A stretch of 64,000 nucleotides of DNA from Ostreococcus lucimarinus (lineage: Eukaryota): assembly GCA_000092065.1 (NCBI GenBank), contig CP000592.1; one strand, given 5' to 3'. The position numbers were made by a program, and so were the translations under genes. This document shows positions 10,201-18,595 of the stretch, piece after piece (position 1 is the stretch's first letter; each line of letters opens with the position of its first letter). The notes beneath the pieces were generated by a model. The model saw nothing but the letters and a program-made list of their open reading frames with translations, searched no databases and had not been told where the DNA came from.

Positions 10201-10271
10201 TGCCCGGCGCGTCGTCCTACGGCGAGTTCCTAGTGCAGCTTCACAGGCAAGTCTCCGCCGCGCAGCGGTGA
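7260..10271 (+). CDS. SEC24: COPII coat protein Sec24
   Basis: Pro/Gln/Gly-rich N-terminus ([14 protein letters not shown]..., [11 protein letters not shown]). Sec24-type zinc finger [33 protein letters not shown]. Trunk, beta-barrel, helical and gelsolin-like regions are present. ATG at 7260. The upstream part of the track ORF (7101-7259) overlaps MIF on the other strand and is not coding. Confidence 0.9.
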   Translation: [1003 protein letters not shown]

Positions 10272-10351
10272 CCACGGACAAAGTCCGTGTGTTAAATACA
10301 ATCACACATCTTTCATACCATAAAAACAGACACATTGCGCACCGAGACTCG

Positions 10352-10359
10352 TATAATAA
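10352..10359 (+). promoter_or_regulatory. TATA-like element (TATAATAA) in the AT-rich core promoter of the RPL13a gene
   Basis: An AT-rich island (10290-10370) sits in an otherwise about 68% GC region. TATAATAA lies about 77 nt upstream of the proposed initiator ATG at 10436. Confidence 0.4.
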
Positions 10360-10435
10360 CATGGTCAAAAGTGCCAAAGACCTTCCGACGCCCGCGGCGC
10401 GATCCGTCTTTACGCGACGCCCTCGAACGCTCGCC

Positions 10436-11516
10436 ATGGACAAGGTACGGCGCGCGCCGAGCGCGTCGAAGCGCACGTCTTCATCGACATCGCGCGCGTT
10501 CGCGATCGACTCGATCGACGCGCGCGACGCGCGCGACATCGACGCGACGCCCCGCATCGCGTAGGGTTTCGCGATCGACCACGACGCCGACGCGCGAAGA
10601 CTGACGCCGACGCGCGCGCGACGCACCCGCAGGTTATCGTCATCGACGCCAAGGGACACCTTTTCGGGCGATTGGCCTCGATCGTCTCCAAGCAGTTGTT
10701 GCAAGGCCAGCACGTGGTGCGTATCGATTTCGGCGACGCGCGCGCGTTCGCGTTGGGCGCGCGATCATCGCGTCGCGCGCGCGCACCGTGGAGGCGACGG
10801 AGCGCGACGCGATGGCGAGCGATGGATATGGTGGTATTCATGCGATGATTCGCGCGCGCGTTGGACGTCGACAAGACGCAGATGAGGCGCGGGACGATGG
10901 GATGTCGGTCGCATCGGTGGTGGCGGATTAGGGCTTTGACGCGCGAGACGCGCGAACGACGAACGCGAAGACTGACGAAAGCACGCGCGATGGTTTGCGT
11001 AACGAATAGGTTGTGGTTCGCACCGAGGGTATCTGCATGTCCGGTGGTATGGTTCGTCGTCGCATGGCGCACGACCGCTACAAGAACAAGAGGATGAACA
11101 CGAACCCGAAGAAGGGTCCGTACCACTACACGTCGCCGTCTCGACTCTTCTGGAAGACGGTTCGCGGTATGCTTCCGCACAAGACTGTGCGTGGTGCGGC
11201 TGCTTTCGAACGCTTCAAGGCGTACGAAGGCATCCCGGCGCCGTACGACAAGGTTAAGCGCGCGGTCGTTCCGGAAGCGCTCAAGGTGTTGCGCCTCGGT
11301 GAGGGGCACCGTTTCTGCGTGCTCGGCGACTTCTGCGAACAAATCGGGTGGAAGCATGGTGCGATCGTGAAGGAGCTCGAGGCGAAGCGCCAAACTGCGG
11401 CGTCTGAGTACTGGGCGCAGAAGAAGGAGGCTAACTCCAAGTTTGCCGCGGCCAAGGCTGCGGCGAATGCGCAACTCGGCGATTTGCAACAGTTGATCGA
11501 AGCCACCGGGTATTAG
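10436..11516 (+). CDS. RPL13A: 60S ribosomal protein L13a (uL13), three exons
   Basis: Exon 1 at 10436-10444 (ATG GAC AAG, donor GTACGG). Intron 1 at 10445-10632 (ACTGAC at 10600-10605, acceptor CGCAG). Exon 2 at 10633-10716 ([28 protein letters not shown]). Intron 2 at 10717-11009 (donor GTGCGT, ACTGAC at 10970-10975, acceptor AATAG). Exon 3 at 11010-11516 (VVVRTEGICMSGG...RMNTNPKKGPYHYTSPSRLFWKTVRGMLPHKTVRG...). The spliced protein, [38 protein letters not shown]..., matches the eukaryotic uL13 N-terminus residue for residue, including the four consecutive Val. Confidence 0.85.
10445..10632 (+). other. RPL13a intron 1 (188 nt)
   Basis: GTACGG donor directly after ATGGACAAG. ACTGAC 25 nt before the CAG acceptor. 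Phase 0. Confidence 0.65.
10717..11009 (+). other. RPL13a intron 2 (293 nt)
   Basis: GTGCGT donor after ...CAC GTG. ACTGAC 32 nt before the ATAG acceptor. Joins HV to VVVRTEG in frame. Confidence 0.7.
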
Positions 11517-11667
11517 ATTTTTGACACTCGCCAAAAAATAGTAGGTGTGTAGTCGAAAAAGGTTGTGAATGAGATGAGAAAGTTTCAAATTAAATCAATT
11601 TCCAAACTAAAGCGCGCCTTTGCGCAGTTGCCTTTGCGAGAGCGCGCCGCTTAAAACCGCTCGGCGC

Positions 11668-12852
11668 TTAATACCGGAAGTCTCGAACGGTCTTGAAGAA
11701 GTGTCCAACGTTTTCCTCTGGGGTGCCGACCATGACCCCGTGACCGAGATTCATGACGTGCTTCTTGTTTCCAGCCTTGGCGATCGTTTCGTGCACCTTT
11801 TTCGTGATGAAATCTTGCGACGCAAAGAGGTGGAGCGGATCCATGTTCCCTTGCACCGCCTGATCCATACCGAGTCGAGCGCGCGCGTCCGCCATGTCAA
11901 TCGTCCCGTCTAAGCTGATAACATCCGCGTTCGTCGTCGCTAAGCGCTCCAAGAAACCGGCACTTCCAGAGCTGTAAAGGATGAGCGGCACGTGTGGGTG
12001 GGTTTGCTTGCACTCGGCGACGATGCGTTGGAGGTACGGCAGGCAGTACACTTCGAAATCCGCGGGCGAAAACTCGCTTGCCCACGAGTCGAAAATTTGC
12101 ACCACTTGCGCCCCAGAGTCCGCTTGGTACCGCGTGTACTCGATCACGGCGTCCGTGAGCTTATTCATGAGCGCCTCGTACACCGCTGGCGAATCGAACG
12201 CCATTTTCTTAATCACCTTGTAGTGCGAGCTCGTCCCGCCCTCGACGATGTAAGACGCCAACGTAAACGGCGCTCCACAAAACCCGAGCAGCGTCGCCTC
12301 GTTCCCAATTTCATTTCTCAACACCTTCAACGACTCCCCGACGAACGGCACGCTCTTCTCCGGCTCCAACGGCGTGATGCTCTTGATATCGTCCATCTCG
12401 CGCACCGGGTTGAAGATGATCGGCCCCGTTCCCTTTACGATGTCGAACGGAATGTTCATCCCTTGCAACGGCGTGAGAATATCGCTGAACAAAATCACCC
12501 CATCGGGTTTAAACGCCTCGTACGGCTGCAGCGAGATCTCTACCGCGAGATCCACCGTCTCGCTTCGCTCTCGAAACGTCGTGTGCTTTTTGCACAAGTC
12601 TTGATACACCTTCATGTATCTCCCCGCCTGTCGCATCATCCAGATCGGCGGTCGCTCGACGTCTTCGCCTCGGATCGCGCGCAGCATGAGCGGATCGATG
12701 TCACCGCTCGACGCGCGCGCGCACGGCGCGCGGCGCACCGCGCGAGGGCGTCGGGACGCCGCGAGCGGTTTTTGGGCGCGCGCGCGGCGAACGACGTCGC
12801 GCGCGCGGGCGTCGGCGACGTCGGCGAGCGTCGAGGCGCGCAAGGTGGACAT
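11668..12852 (-). CDS. UROD: Uroporphyrinogen decarboxylase (HemE/UROD) with a chloroplast-type transit peptide
   Basis: PPIWMMRQAGRYMKVYQDL...FDSWAS... shows whole-length similarity to UroD. The N-terminal 60 aa are Ser/Arg/Ala-rich. ATG at 12852. Confidence 0.9.
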   Translation of the reverse strand: MSTLRASTLADVADARARDVVRRARAQKPLAASRRPRAVRRAPCARASSGDIDPLMLRAIRGEDVERPPIWMMRQAGRYMKVYQDLCKKHTTFRERSETVDLAVEISLQPYEAFKPDGVILFSDILTPLQGMNIPFDIVKGTGPIIFNPVREMDDIKSITPLEPEKSVPFVGESLKVLRNEIGNEATLLGFCGAPFTLASYIVEGGTSSHYKVIKKMAFDSPAVYEALMNKLTDAVIEYTRYQADSGAQVVQIFDSWASEFSPADFEVYCLPYLQRIVAECKQTHPHVPLILYSSGSAGFLERLATTNADVISLDGTIDMADARARLGMDQAVQGNMDPLHLFASQDFITKKVHETIAKAGNKKHVMNLGHGVMVGTPEENVGHFFKTVRDFRY

Positions 12853-13030
12853 CGCGTCGGTGTGCGCGAGGCAGCGATGGATCCGCGGACGAGGCGATGT
12901 GTGCGGGCGCGGCTCCGGCGGCGATGGCGATCTCTCGTTATCCAGAGAGATTTTCGACGACGCGCGGAACGACGGGAGGGCGGGAAGCTACGATTGGTTG
13001 TGTAAAGCTATTACAGGAATGTTGCGCGCT

Positions 13031-16000
13031 TTACGCGGCCGTGGCGGCGTCCCATTGGATCCAGGCTGGAATACCCTCGTCGTCGTCTTCGTGCTCGTGG
13101 TCGTGGTCGACGTCGTCCTCGGCGAAGGATTCTTCGAGAGCGTCGGCGGAGTACGCGTCCGACTTTGATGCGTGCTTTTTGGACTTGTGAGAGTGTTTCG
13201 AGGAACCGTGCTGAGCGTGCGTCGAAAGGTTTTCGTCACCCTCGTCGTCGTCTTCGTCAAAGTCCGCGGAACTACTGCGATGAGAGCTCTTCTTCTTCGG
13301 CGCGCGCTCAACTGAGTCGTCCCACGGATTCTTATTGTGCTTGGAAGATTCTTTAGGGACAAAACTCTGTGATTCCGCGAGAGCCTCGAAGTCGACGCTT
13401 TCATCATGCTTCTTTCGTCCATGTCCGTGTGCATCGCGCGTGTCCTCGTCGACGTCGTCGTCGTCATCGTCGTACGAGTCGCTCGCCTTGGAGGCGCTCG
13501 AGGAGAAGAGATCGTACGAAATCTTGTGCTTCATATGTTTGGCGTCGTGCATGGAGTACGTCGAGCGGTGGTGATACAAATGATCAGCCGCGTCATCAGC
13601 GTATGTCGGCAACTTGGCGCCAGTGCGAGCAGCGACAGCTTCGCGCGGTTCTTCGTAATATTCTGTCTCGTCCACGTTTTGCTCGTCGTCAATCATGAGC
13701 GAGTTTTGATGAATTTCTGGAGGCTTGAGCGCGTCTAATCCATACGAGGTGCCCCAAAATGAACCATCGTGTCTATCTTTCGCGTACACAATTGGCTTGT
13801 CCGAAGTTGTCGAAGAAGTGACCGGGGCTTGCACAGCCGGAGCAAAGCGAGATGGCACCACTTGGCGCGCCGGCGCAAGCGCTGGACGACTTTGTGACGA
13901 TCCCGACATGGGTACCGGCTGCGCTGGCTGCTGATACGTGGCCGTCTGCTGCGGTTGCTGGTACGTAGTCGGCTGCGCTGGCTGCTGATACGTGGCCGTC
14001 TGCTGCGGTTGCTGGTACGTAGTCGGCTGCGCTGGCTGCTGATACGTGGCCGTCTGCTGCGGTTGCTGGTACGTAGTCGGCTGCGCTGGCTGCTGATACG
14101 TGGCCGTCTGCTGCGGTTGCTGGTACGTAGTCGGCTGCGCAGCAATCGGTTGCTGCCGCACCGTGTGATGTTTCTGCTCGCGGTCAGCTTGCGGTTGTTC
14201 CTTGTGACTGCTGTGTCTCGGCTCGACTTCTTCGAACTCGTCCGAAATGTCGCTCTTGTGATGCTTCTGCTCGCGATTCGGTCCGCCGTTCTGGTTTTCT
14301 TGCGTGAAATCTACGGGCGGTAAACCTCTCGACGCCTTCTCCCAGGGCGCCGCGTGGCCTTCGAATCCCAATGTGCTAGAACTATTGACCTCGGTTGCGT
14401 TCGTCTCAATGCCAGTCAGCGACTGCTGTTCCGCTGCGTTCGGGCTGGTGGTTGGAACTGGGGAAGATGAGGCCGGCGCCACGGGCGTAGGTAACACGTC
14501 CGTTGAAGTAGCTGCCTCAATGCCAGTCAGCGACTGCTGTTCCGCTGCGTTCGGGCTGGTGGTTGGAACTGGGGAAGATGAGGCCGGCGCCACGGGCGTA
14601 GGTAACACGTCCGTTGAAGTAGCTGCCTCAATGCCAGTCAGCGACTGCTGTTCCGCTGCGTTCGGGCTGGTGGTTGGAACTGGGGAAGATGAGGCCGGCG
14701 CCACGGGCGTAGGTAACACGTCCGTTGAAGTAGCTGCCTTCATCGCGTCAGCCAGCGTCATGGGATCTGAGTACTCCTCTGATGCGTCTTCCTGCGATGC
14801 ACCAAGCCTCGCTGCCGTCGGACGTGGCAACGCTTGCGCCTGTTCTGCCGGTGTGGTTCGACCAGCGTTTGTCGTGACGTTACCACCACTCACCTCAGAG
14901 TCGTCGTGAAACGCGCCGAGGGACGCTTGGAAGTGTTCCATGCTCCAGAAATCTTGATGCTTCCCAGCGCGTTGCATTTTCCAACCCCAGAAAAAGTTTG
15001 GCATGTTTGCGACCTCAAAAGCTCGCATTTGACCCCTGTACACAGCATGTTTCACTCTATCTTCGTCGCAGCCCATGGCGCTGTCGTGATGCGTCGCGAG
15101 CGACCACTCGCCCACACTAAATTGGTGCACTCCGATGTCCTCCGCCGTGCGCTTCACCTTCGCGATGTGCCCGGCCATGGCAGATCGAACGGTTTCAGTG
15201 ATGTGTTGCGACGAGTCCGAGCAACTCCAAGCGCACCCAGACTTGCATCCATTCACTCCCCAAGCGAGATAGAAGTGTGTGTCTAATACCGCCCACGTTC
15301 TAAGCTCTTCGCGATCGAACCACTTTCTCATGAGTTTCCCGTACTCTTGTACTGCTAGCCCACTCGTTTCCATCAAATTGACGTACAGCTTTGGCACGCG
15401 CTTGCCCGACATCTCGCGGGGTCGCGCCACGAGCTGACGATACGCAAAGATGGCCTTCTCCATCCATGCCAGCATCGCGTCGCGTTTCGCCGGCATCAAG
15501 TGCGCGGGTTCGTTCAAAAGCGTGAAGCCATCGACAAAATCCTTATCATCCTCAGTGAGGTGGTTGTACCACTTGAACATACTGTGAATCGCGTTCACAC
15601 CCACGTCTTGAAGTTTTGCGTCGTCCCAAAACGCCGGTGGGTGCGGAGACACGCCGTTGTACGTGCCCTCCGAGCTGCCACCGGGCATGTTGTGCATGTC
15701 GACTACCACTCGCGCCCCAGTCTTCTTGTGCAAGATTCGAAGAACGTTCGTCAACGTCATCTGATCGACAGTCACCTGCGCTCGATCGCTATACTTTGGG
15801 TCTTCGACCACTCGCGTCGGGCTTTTCTCCGTGCCCATGAACGCCGCCCAATTCACAGGTAGTCGCAGCGTCTTGTATCCCACTCGCGCGATCTTCTCCA
15901 CGTCCGCGTTCGTCATCCAACTCGATCGATACGCGTTCATAATCTTCACAGTCTTCAAATTCCCATACTTCTTCGCGAGTTTCGCCACCAACTCCCCCTC

Positions 16001-16573
16001 GCTCGACCACGAAAAACCGAGCTCCTCGGCTGAATTGAAAAACGGCGGCAACACCCTTCCCTGCGCGCGCCCGAGCGGCGAATCCACCAACGTGCTCTCA
16101 CCGTTCGCGAAGAACCAATCCTCGAGGTGCAACCATCCGTTCAACGCGACGCCCGCGTTATCCGGAACGCGCGTGAACGCCTCGCGCTCGACCGGCGTCA
16201 ATCCCAGCGCCGCGCTCTCGCGCGCGCGCGCGTCCCCCGTCGCCGTCCCTCGCGCGCGCGCCCCGAGCACCGCCACCATCGCGCCGAGCGCGACGCACGC
16301 CGCGCGTCCGCGTCGCCGCGCATCCCTTCCCGCGCCGTCGCTCGCTCGAGTCGTCTTCCCGCCGCGCGCGTCGTCGCCGGCGTCGCGCGCGCCGTCGTCG
16401 GCGTCGATCTCGCCGCGCGCGCGCTCGACGTCGTACGCGTCGTCGCGCGCGCGCGCGCGGTCGCGCGTCGCGCGGGACGACGACGGACGATCGCCGCCGC
16501 GTCCGAGCAGCGCCGCGCGCTCGCTCATGGCCGCCGTCGCGCGCGGTCGCGGTGTGATGACGCGCCCGCTCAT
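13031..16573 (-). CDS. Glycoside hydrolase family 5 protein (exo-beta-1,3-glucanase/mannanase-like) with an N-terminal signal-anchor and a long repetitive acidic C-terminal region
   Basis: The GH5 catalytic core (GWLHLEDWFFANG...VVDMHNMPGG...LLNEPAH with the NEP acid/base motif...GEWS) follows a hydrophobic segment (RRRGRAACVALGAMVAVLGARARG). The C-terminal half is low complexity: 3 x 37-aa repeats (ATSTDVLPTPVAPASSSPVPTTSPNAAEQQSLTGIEA), 4 x 18-aa repeats (PTTYQQPQQTATYQQPAQ), then an Asp/Glu/His/Lys/Ser-rich tail (DDDDDDVDEDTRDAHGHGRKKHDE..., HDHEHEDDDEG). The first ATG is at 16573. A second ATG at 16528 is also possible. Confidence 0.75.
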   Translation of the reverse strand: MSGRVITPRPRATAAMSERAALLGRGGDRPSSSRATRDRARARDDAYDVERARGEIDADDGARDAGDDARGGKTTRASDGAGRDARRRGRAACVALGAMVAVLGARARGTATGDARARESAALGLTPVEREAFTRVPDNAGVALNGWLHLEDWFFANGESTLVDSPLGRAQGRVLPPFFNSAEELGFSWSSEGELVAKLAKKYGNLKTVKIMNAYRSSWMTNADVEKIARVGYKTLRLPVNWAAFMGTEKSPTRVVEDPKYSDRAQVTVDQMTLTNVLRILHKKTGARVVVDMHNMPGGSSEGTYNGVSPHPPAFWDDAKLQDVGVNAIHSMFKWYNHLTEDDKDFVDGFTLLNEPAHLMPAKRDAMLAWMEKAIFAYRQLVARPREMSGKRVPKLYVNLMETSGLAVQEYGKLMRKWFDREELRTWAVLDTHFYLAWGVNGCKSGCAWSCSDSSQHITETVRSAMAGHIAKVKRTAEDIGVHQFSVGEWSLATHHDSAMGCDEDRVKHAVYRGQMRAFEVANMPNFFWGWKMQRAGKHQDFWSMEHFQASLGAFHDDSEVSGGNVTTNAGRTTPAEQAQALPRPTAARLGASQEDASEEYSDPMTLADAMKAATSTDVLPTPVAPASSSPVPTTSPNAAEQQSLTGIEAATSTDVLPTPVAPASSSPVPTTSPNAAEQQSLTGIEAATSTDVLPTPVAPASSSPVPTTSPNAAEQQSLTGIETNATEVNSSSTLGFEGHAAPWEKASRGLPPVDFTQENQNGGPNREQKHHKSDISDEFEEVEPRHSSHKEQPQADREQKHHTVRQQPIAAQPTTYQQPQQTATYQQPAQPTTYQQPQQTATYQQPAQPTTYQQPQQTATYQQPAQPTTYQQPQQTATYQQPAQPVPMSGSSQSRPALAPARQVVPSRFAPAVQAPVTSSTTSDKPIVYAKDRHDGSFWGTSYGLDALKPPEIHQNSLMIDDEQNVDETEYYEEPREAVAARTGAKLPTYADDAADHLYHHRSTYSMHDAKHMKHKISYDLFSSSASKASDSYDDDDDDVDEDTRDAHGHGRKKHDESVDFEALAESQSFVPKESSKHNKNPWDDSVERAPKKKSSHRSSSADFDEDDDEGDENLSTHAQHGSSKHSHKSKKHASKSDAYSADALEESFAEDDVDHDHEHEDDDEGIPAWIQWDAATAA
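13921..14150. repeat. 54-bp tandem repeat, about 4 copies, inside the GH5 coding region (encodes the 18-aa PTTYQQPQQTATYQQPAQ units)
   Basis: Near-perfect direct repeats of ctgcgctggctgctgatacgtggccgtctgctgcggttgctggtacgtagtcgg on the plus strand. The same periodicity shows up in the spurious overlapping track ORFs 13735-14145(-) and 13955-14323(+). Confidence 0.8.
14407..14740. repeat. 111-bp tandem repeat, 3 copies, inside the GH5 coding region (37-aa units)
   Basis: Three nearly identical copies of caatgccagtcagcgactgctgttccgctgcgttcgggctggtggttggaactggggaagatgaggccggcgccacgggcgtaggtaacacgtccgttgaagtagctgcct. Confidence 0.8.
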
Positions 16574-16743
16574 GAGTTTTGGGTGTTGAACGACAAAAGG
16601 TCCGTGTGGATTCAGCTGATTAAAATTAAAACACACGCGCGGAGCACCGAGGACGCGCGGCGGTGATTGATTATTGGTGATTATCGGTGATCATCGCGCG
16701 ATCGAGGATCGAGCGCGACGGTCGGGGTTGACAAAATTTTCGC

Positions 16744-18366
16744 TCAGACGGCGCCGTAGGCGCCGCGCGCGCCGCGTCGGAGACGCGCGGCCTCGGGCGA
16801 CGCGTGACGGTGTCGCCTGTAAGCGACGAACGCCAAGGCGAGGAAACCGGTGAGAGCGACGGATGGGCCGATGAGCGACGCGTGGGAGTTCGAGGCGGCG
16901 TAGAGGGCTCGGCCCAAGGTTGGAACGCCGACGGGGCCGTCGCCGCCGACGGGGTAACCGCCGCCGGTGGTGCCGTCGCCGCCGACGGGGTAACCGCCGC
17001 CGGTGGCGCCGTCGCCGCCGACGGGGTAACCGCCGCCGGTGGTGCCGTCGCCGCCGACGGGGTGATCGCCGCCGGTGGTGCCGTCGCCGCCGACGGGGTA
17101 ACCGCCGCCGGTGGTGCCGTCGCCGCCGACGGGGTAACCGCCGCCGGTGGTGCCATCGCCGCCGACGGGGTAACCGCCGCCGGTGGTGCCATCGCCGCCG
17201 ATGGGGTGATCGCCGCCGGTGGTGCCGTCGCCGCCGTCGCCGCCGTCGCCGCCATCGCCGCCACCGCCGCCGATGCTGCCGTCGCCGCCTTCGCCGCCTT
17301 CGCCGCCGTCGCCGCCGTCGCCGCCGTCGCCGCCGTCGCCGCCGTCCACGTGAGCCAGGGCGTCTTCGCAGCCGGTGTTGACTTCCGGTAGGTTGGGCTT
17401 CGGATGACAGTGCGGGCCTTCTTCATCGTCGTCATCAGGGTTACCTTCGTCAAACTCACAACCAGCGTTTGCCTCGCATGCACTTTGGTCTTCGTCGCTC
17501 ATCGAACACTCAATGTCGCACAGGTCGATCTGCTTGTTGGTTTCCTTGACGAACGTCTGCAAGTCGCCAAATGTTCTCGGGCACACGTCGAAGCCCATGG
17601 CGTCCGACTCAGGGTGCGGGACGCAAAGTGCTCCGTTCGGGAGCTCTTCGTTCCATTCGCAGGCAATCATGCTAGTGCACGAGTCCGCATCGGTGCCCTC
17701 TCGACAAACCTCCACGCAAGGGTTGGTGGCGTCACCGCCGCCGTCGCCGCCGTCGCCGCCATCGCCGCCGTCGTGGCCGGTGGTGCCGTCACCGTCGCCG
17801 CCTTCGCCGCCTTCGCCGCCTTCGCCGCCTTCGCCGCCTTCGCCGCCTTCGCCGCCTTCGCCGCCGTTGCCGCCACCGCCGCCGTCGCCGCCGTCGCCGC
17901 CGTCCACGCGAGCCAAGGCGTCTTCGCAGCCAGTGTTGACTTCCGGTAGGTTGAACTTCGGACGACAGTGCGGGCCTTCTTCATCGCCGCCTTCAGGGTT
18001 TAGGCCTTCTTCATCGCCGCCTTCATCGCCGCCTTCAGGACCTTTGTCGAACTCACAACCAGCGTTTGCCTCGCACGTACTTTGGTCGTCGATGATCGAA
18101 CACTCGACTTCGCACAGGTTGATCTGCTGAATGTTGTTGGTAGTCTTGACGAACGTCTGTAACTCGCCAAATGTTTTCGGGCACGCGTCGAAGCCCATGG
18201 CGTACGACTCAGGGTGCGGGACGCACGTCGAGTCCGCGTCGCCCCATTCGCAGGCGAGCATGGCGTCGCACGAGTCCGCGTCGGTTTTCGCTTGACAGAA
18301 GCCCTCGCAAGGGTTGTTGGCGTCGCCGCCAGCGGGGTAGCCGCCGTCGCCGCCATTGCCGCCGGT

Positions 18367-18409
<43 letters not shown>

Positions 18410-18534
18410 TTGCCGCCGGTGCCGCCGCCGGTGCCGCCGCCGCCGCCGCCATTGCCGCCGCCGCCATTGCCGCCGGTGCCGCCGCCGGTGCCGCCGCCGC
18501 CGCCGCCATTGCCGCCGGTGCCGCCGCCGCCGGT

Positions 18535-18595
<61 letters not shown>

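Noticed and set aside
13735-14323. Periodic ORFs (SQRSRLRTSNRSRRPRIS x4 and LVRSRLRWLLIRGRLLRL x4) that might be mistaken for a repeat-protein gene or a CRISPR-like array
   Set aside because: They are out-of-frame readings of the 54-bp coding tandem repeat of the GH5 gene. The repeats are contiguous with no spacers, so this is not a CRISPR array.
16671-16706. Clustered GGTGAT(T/C) motifs (ggtgattgattattggtgattatcggtgatcatcg) upstream of the GH5 gene
   Set aside because: A short, imperfect, possibly promoter-associated motif cluster. There is too little information to call it a regulatory element, so it is noted only.
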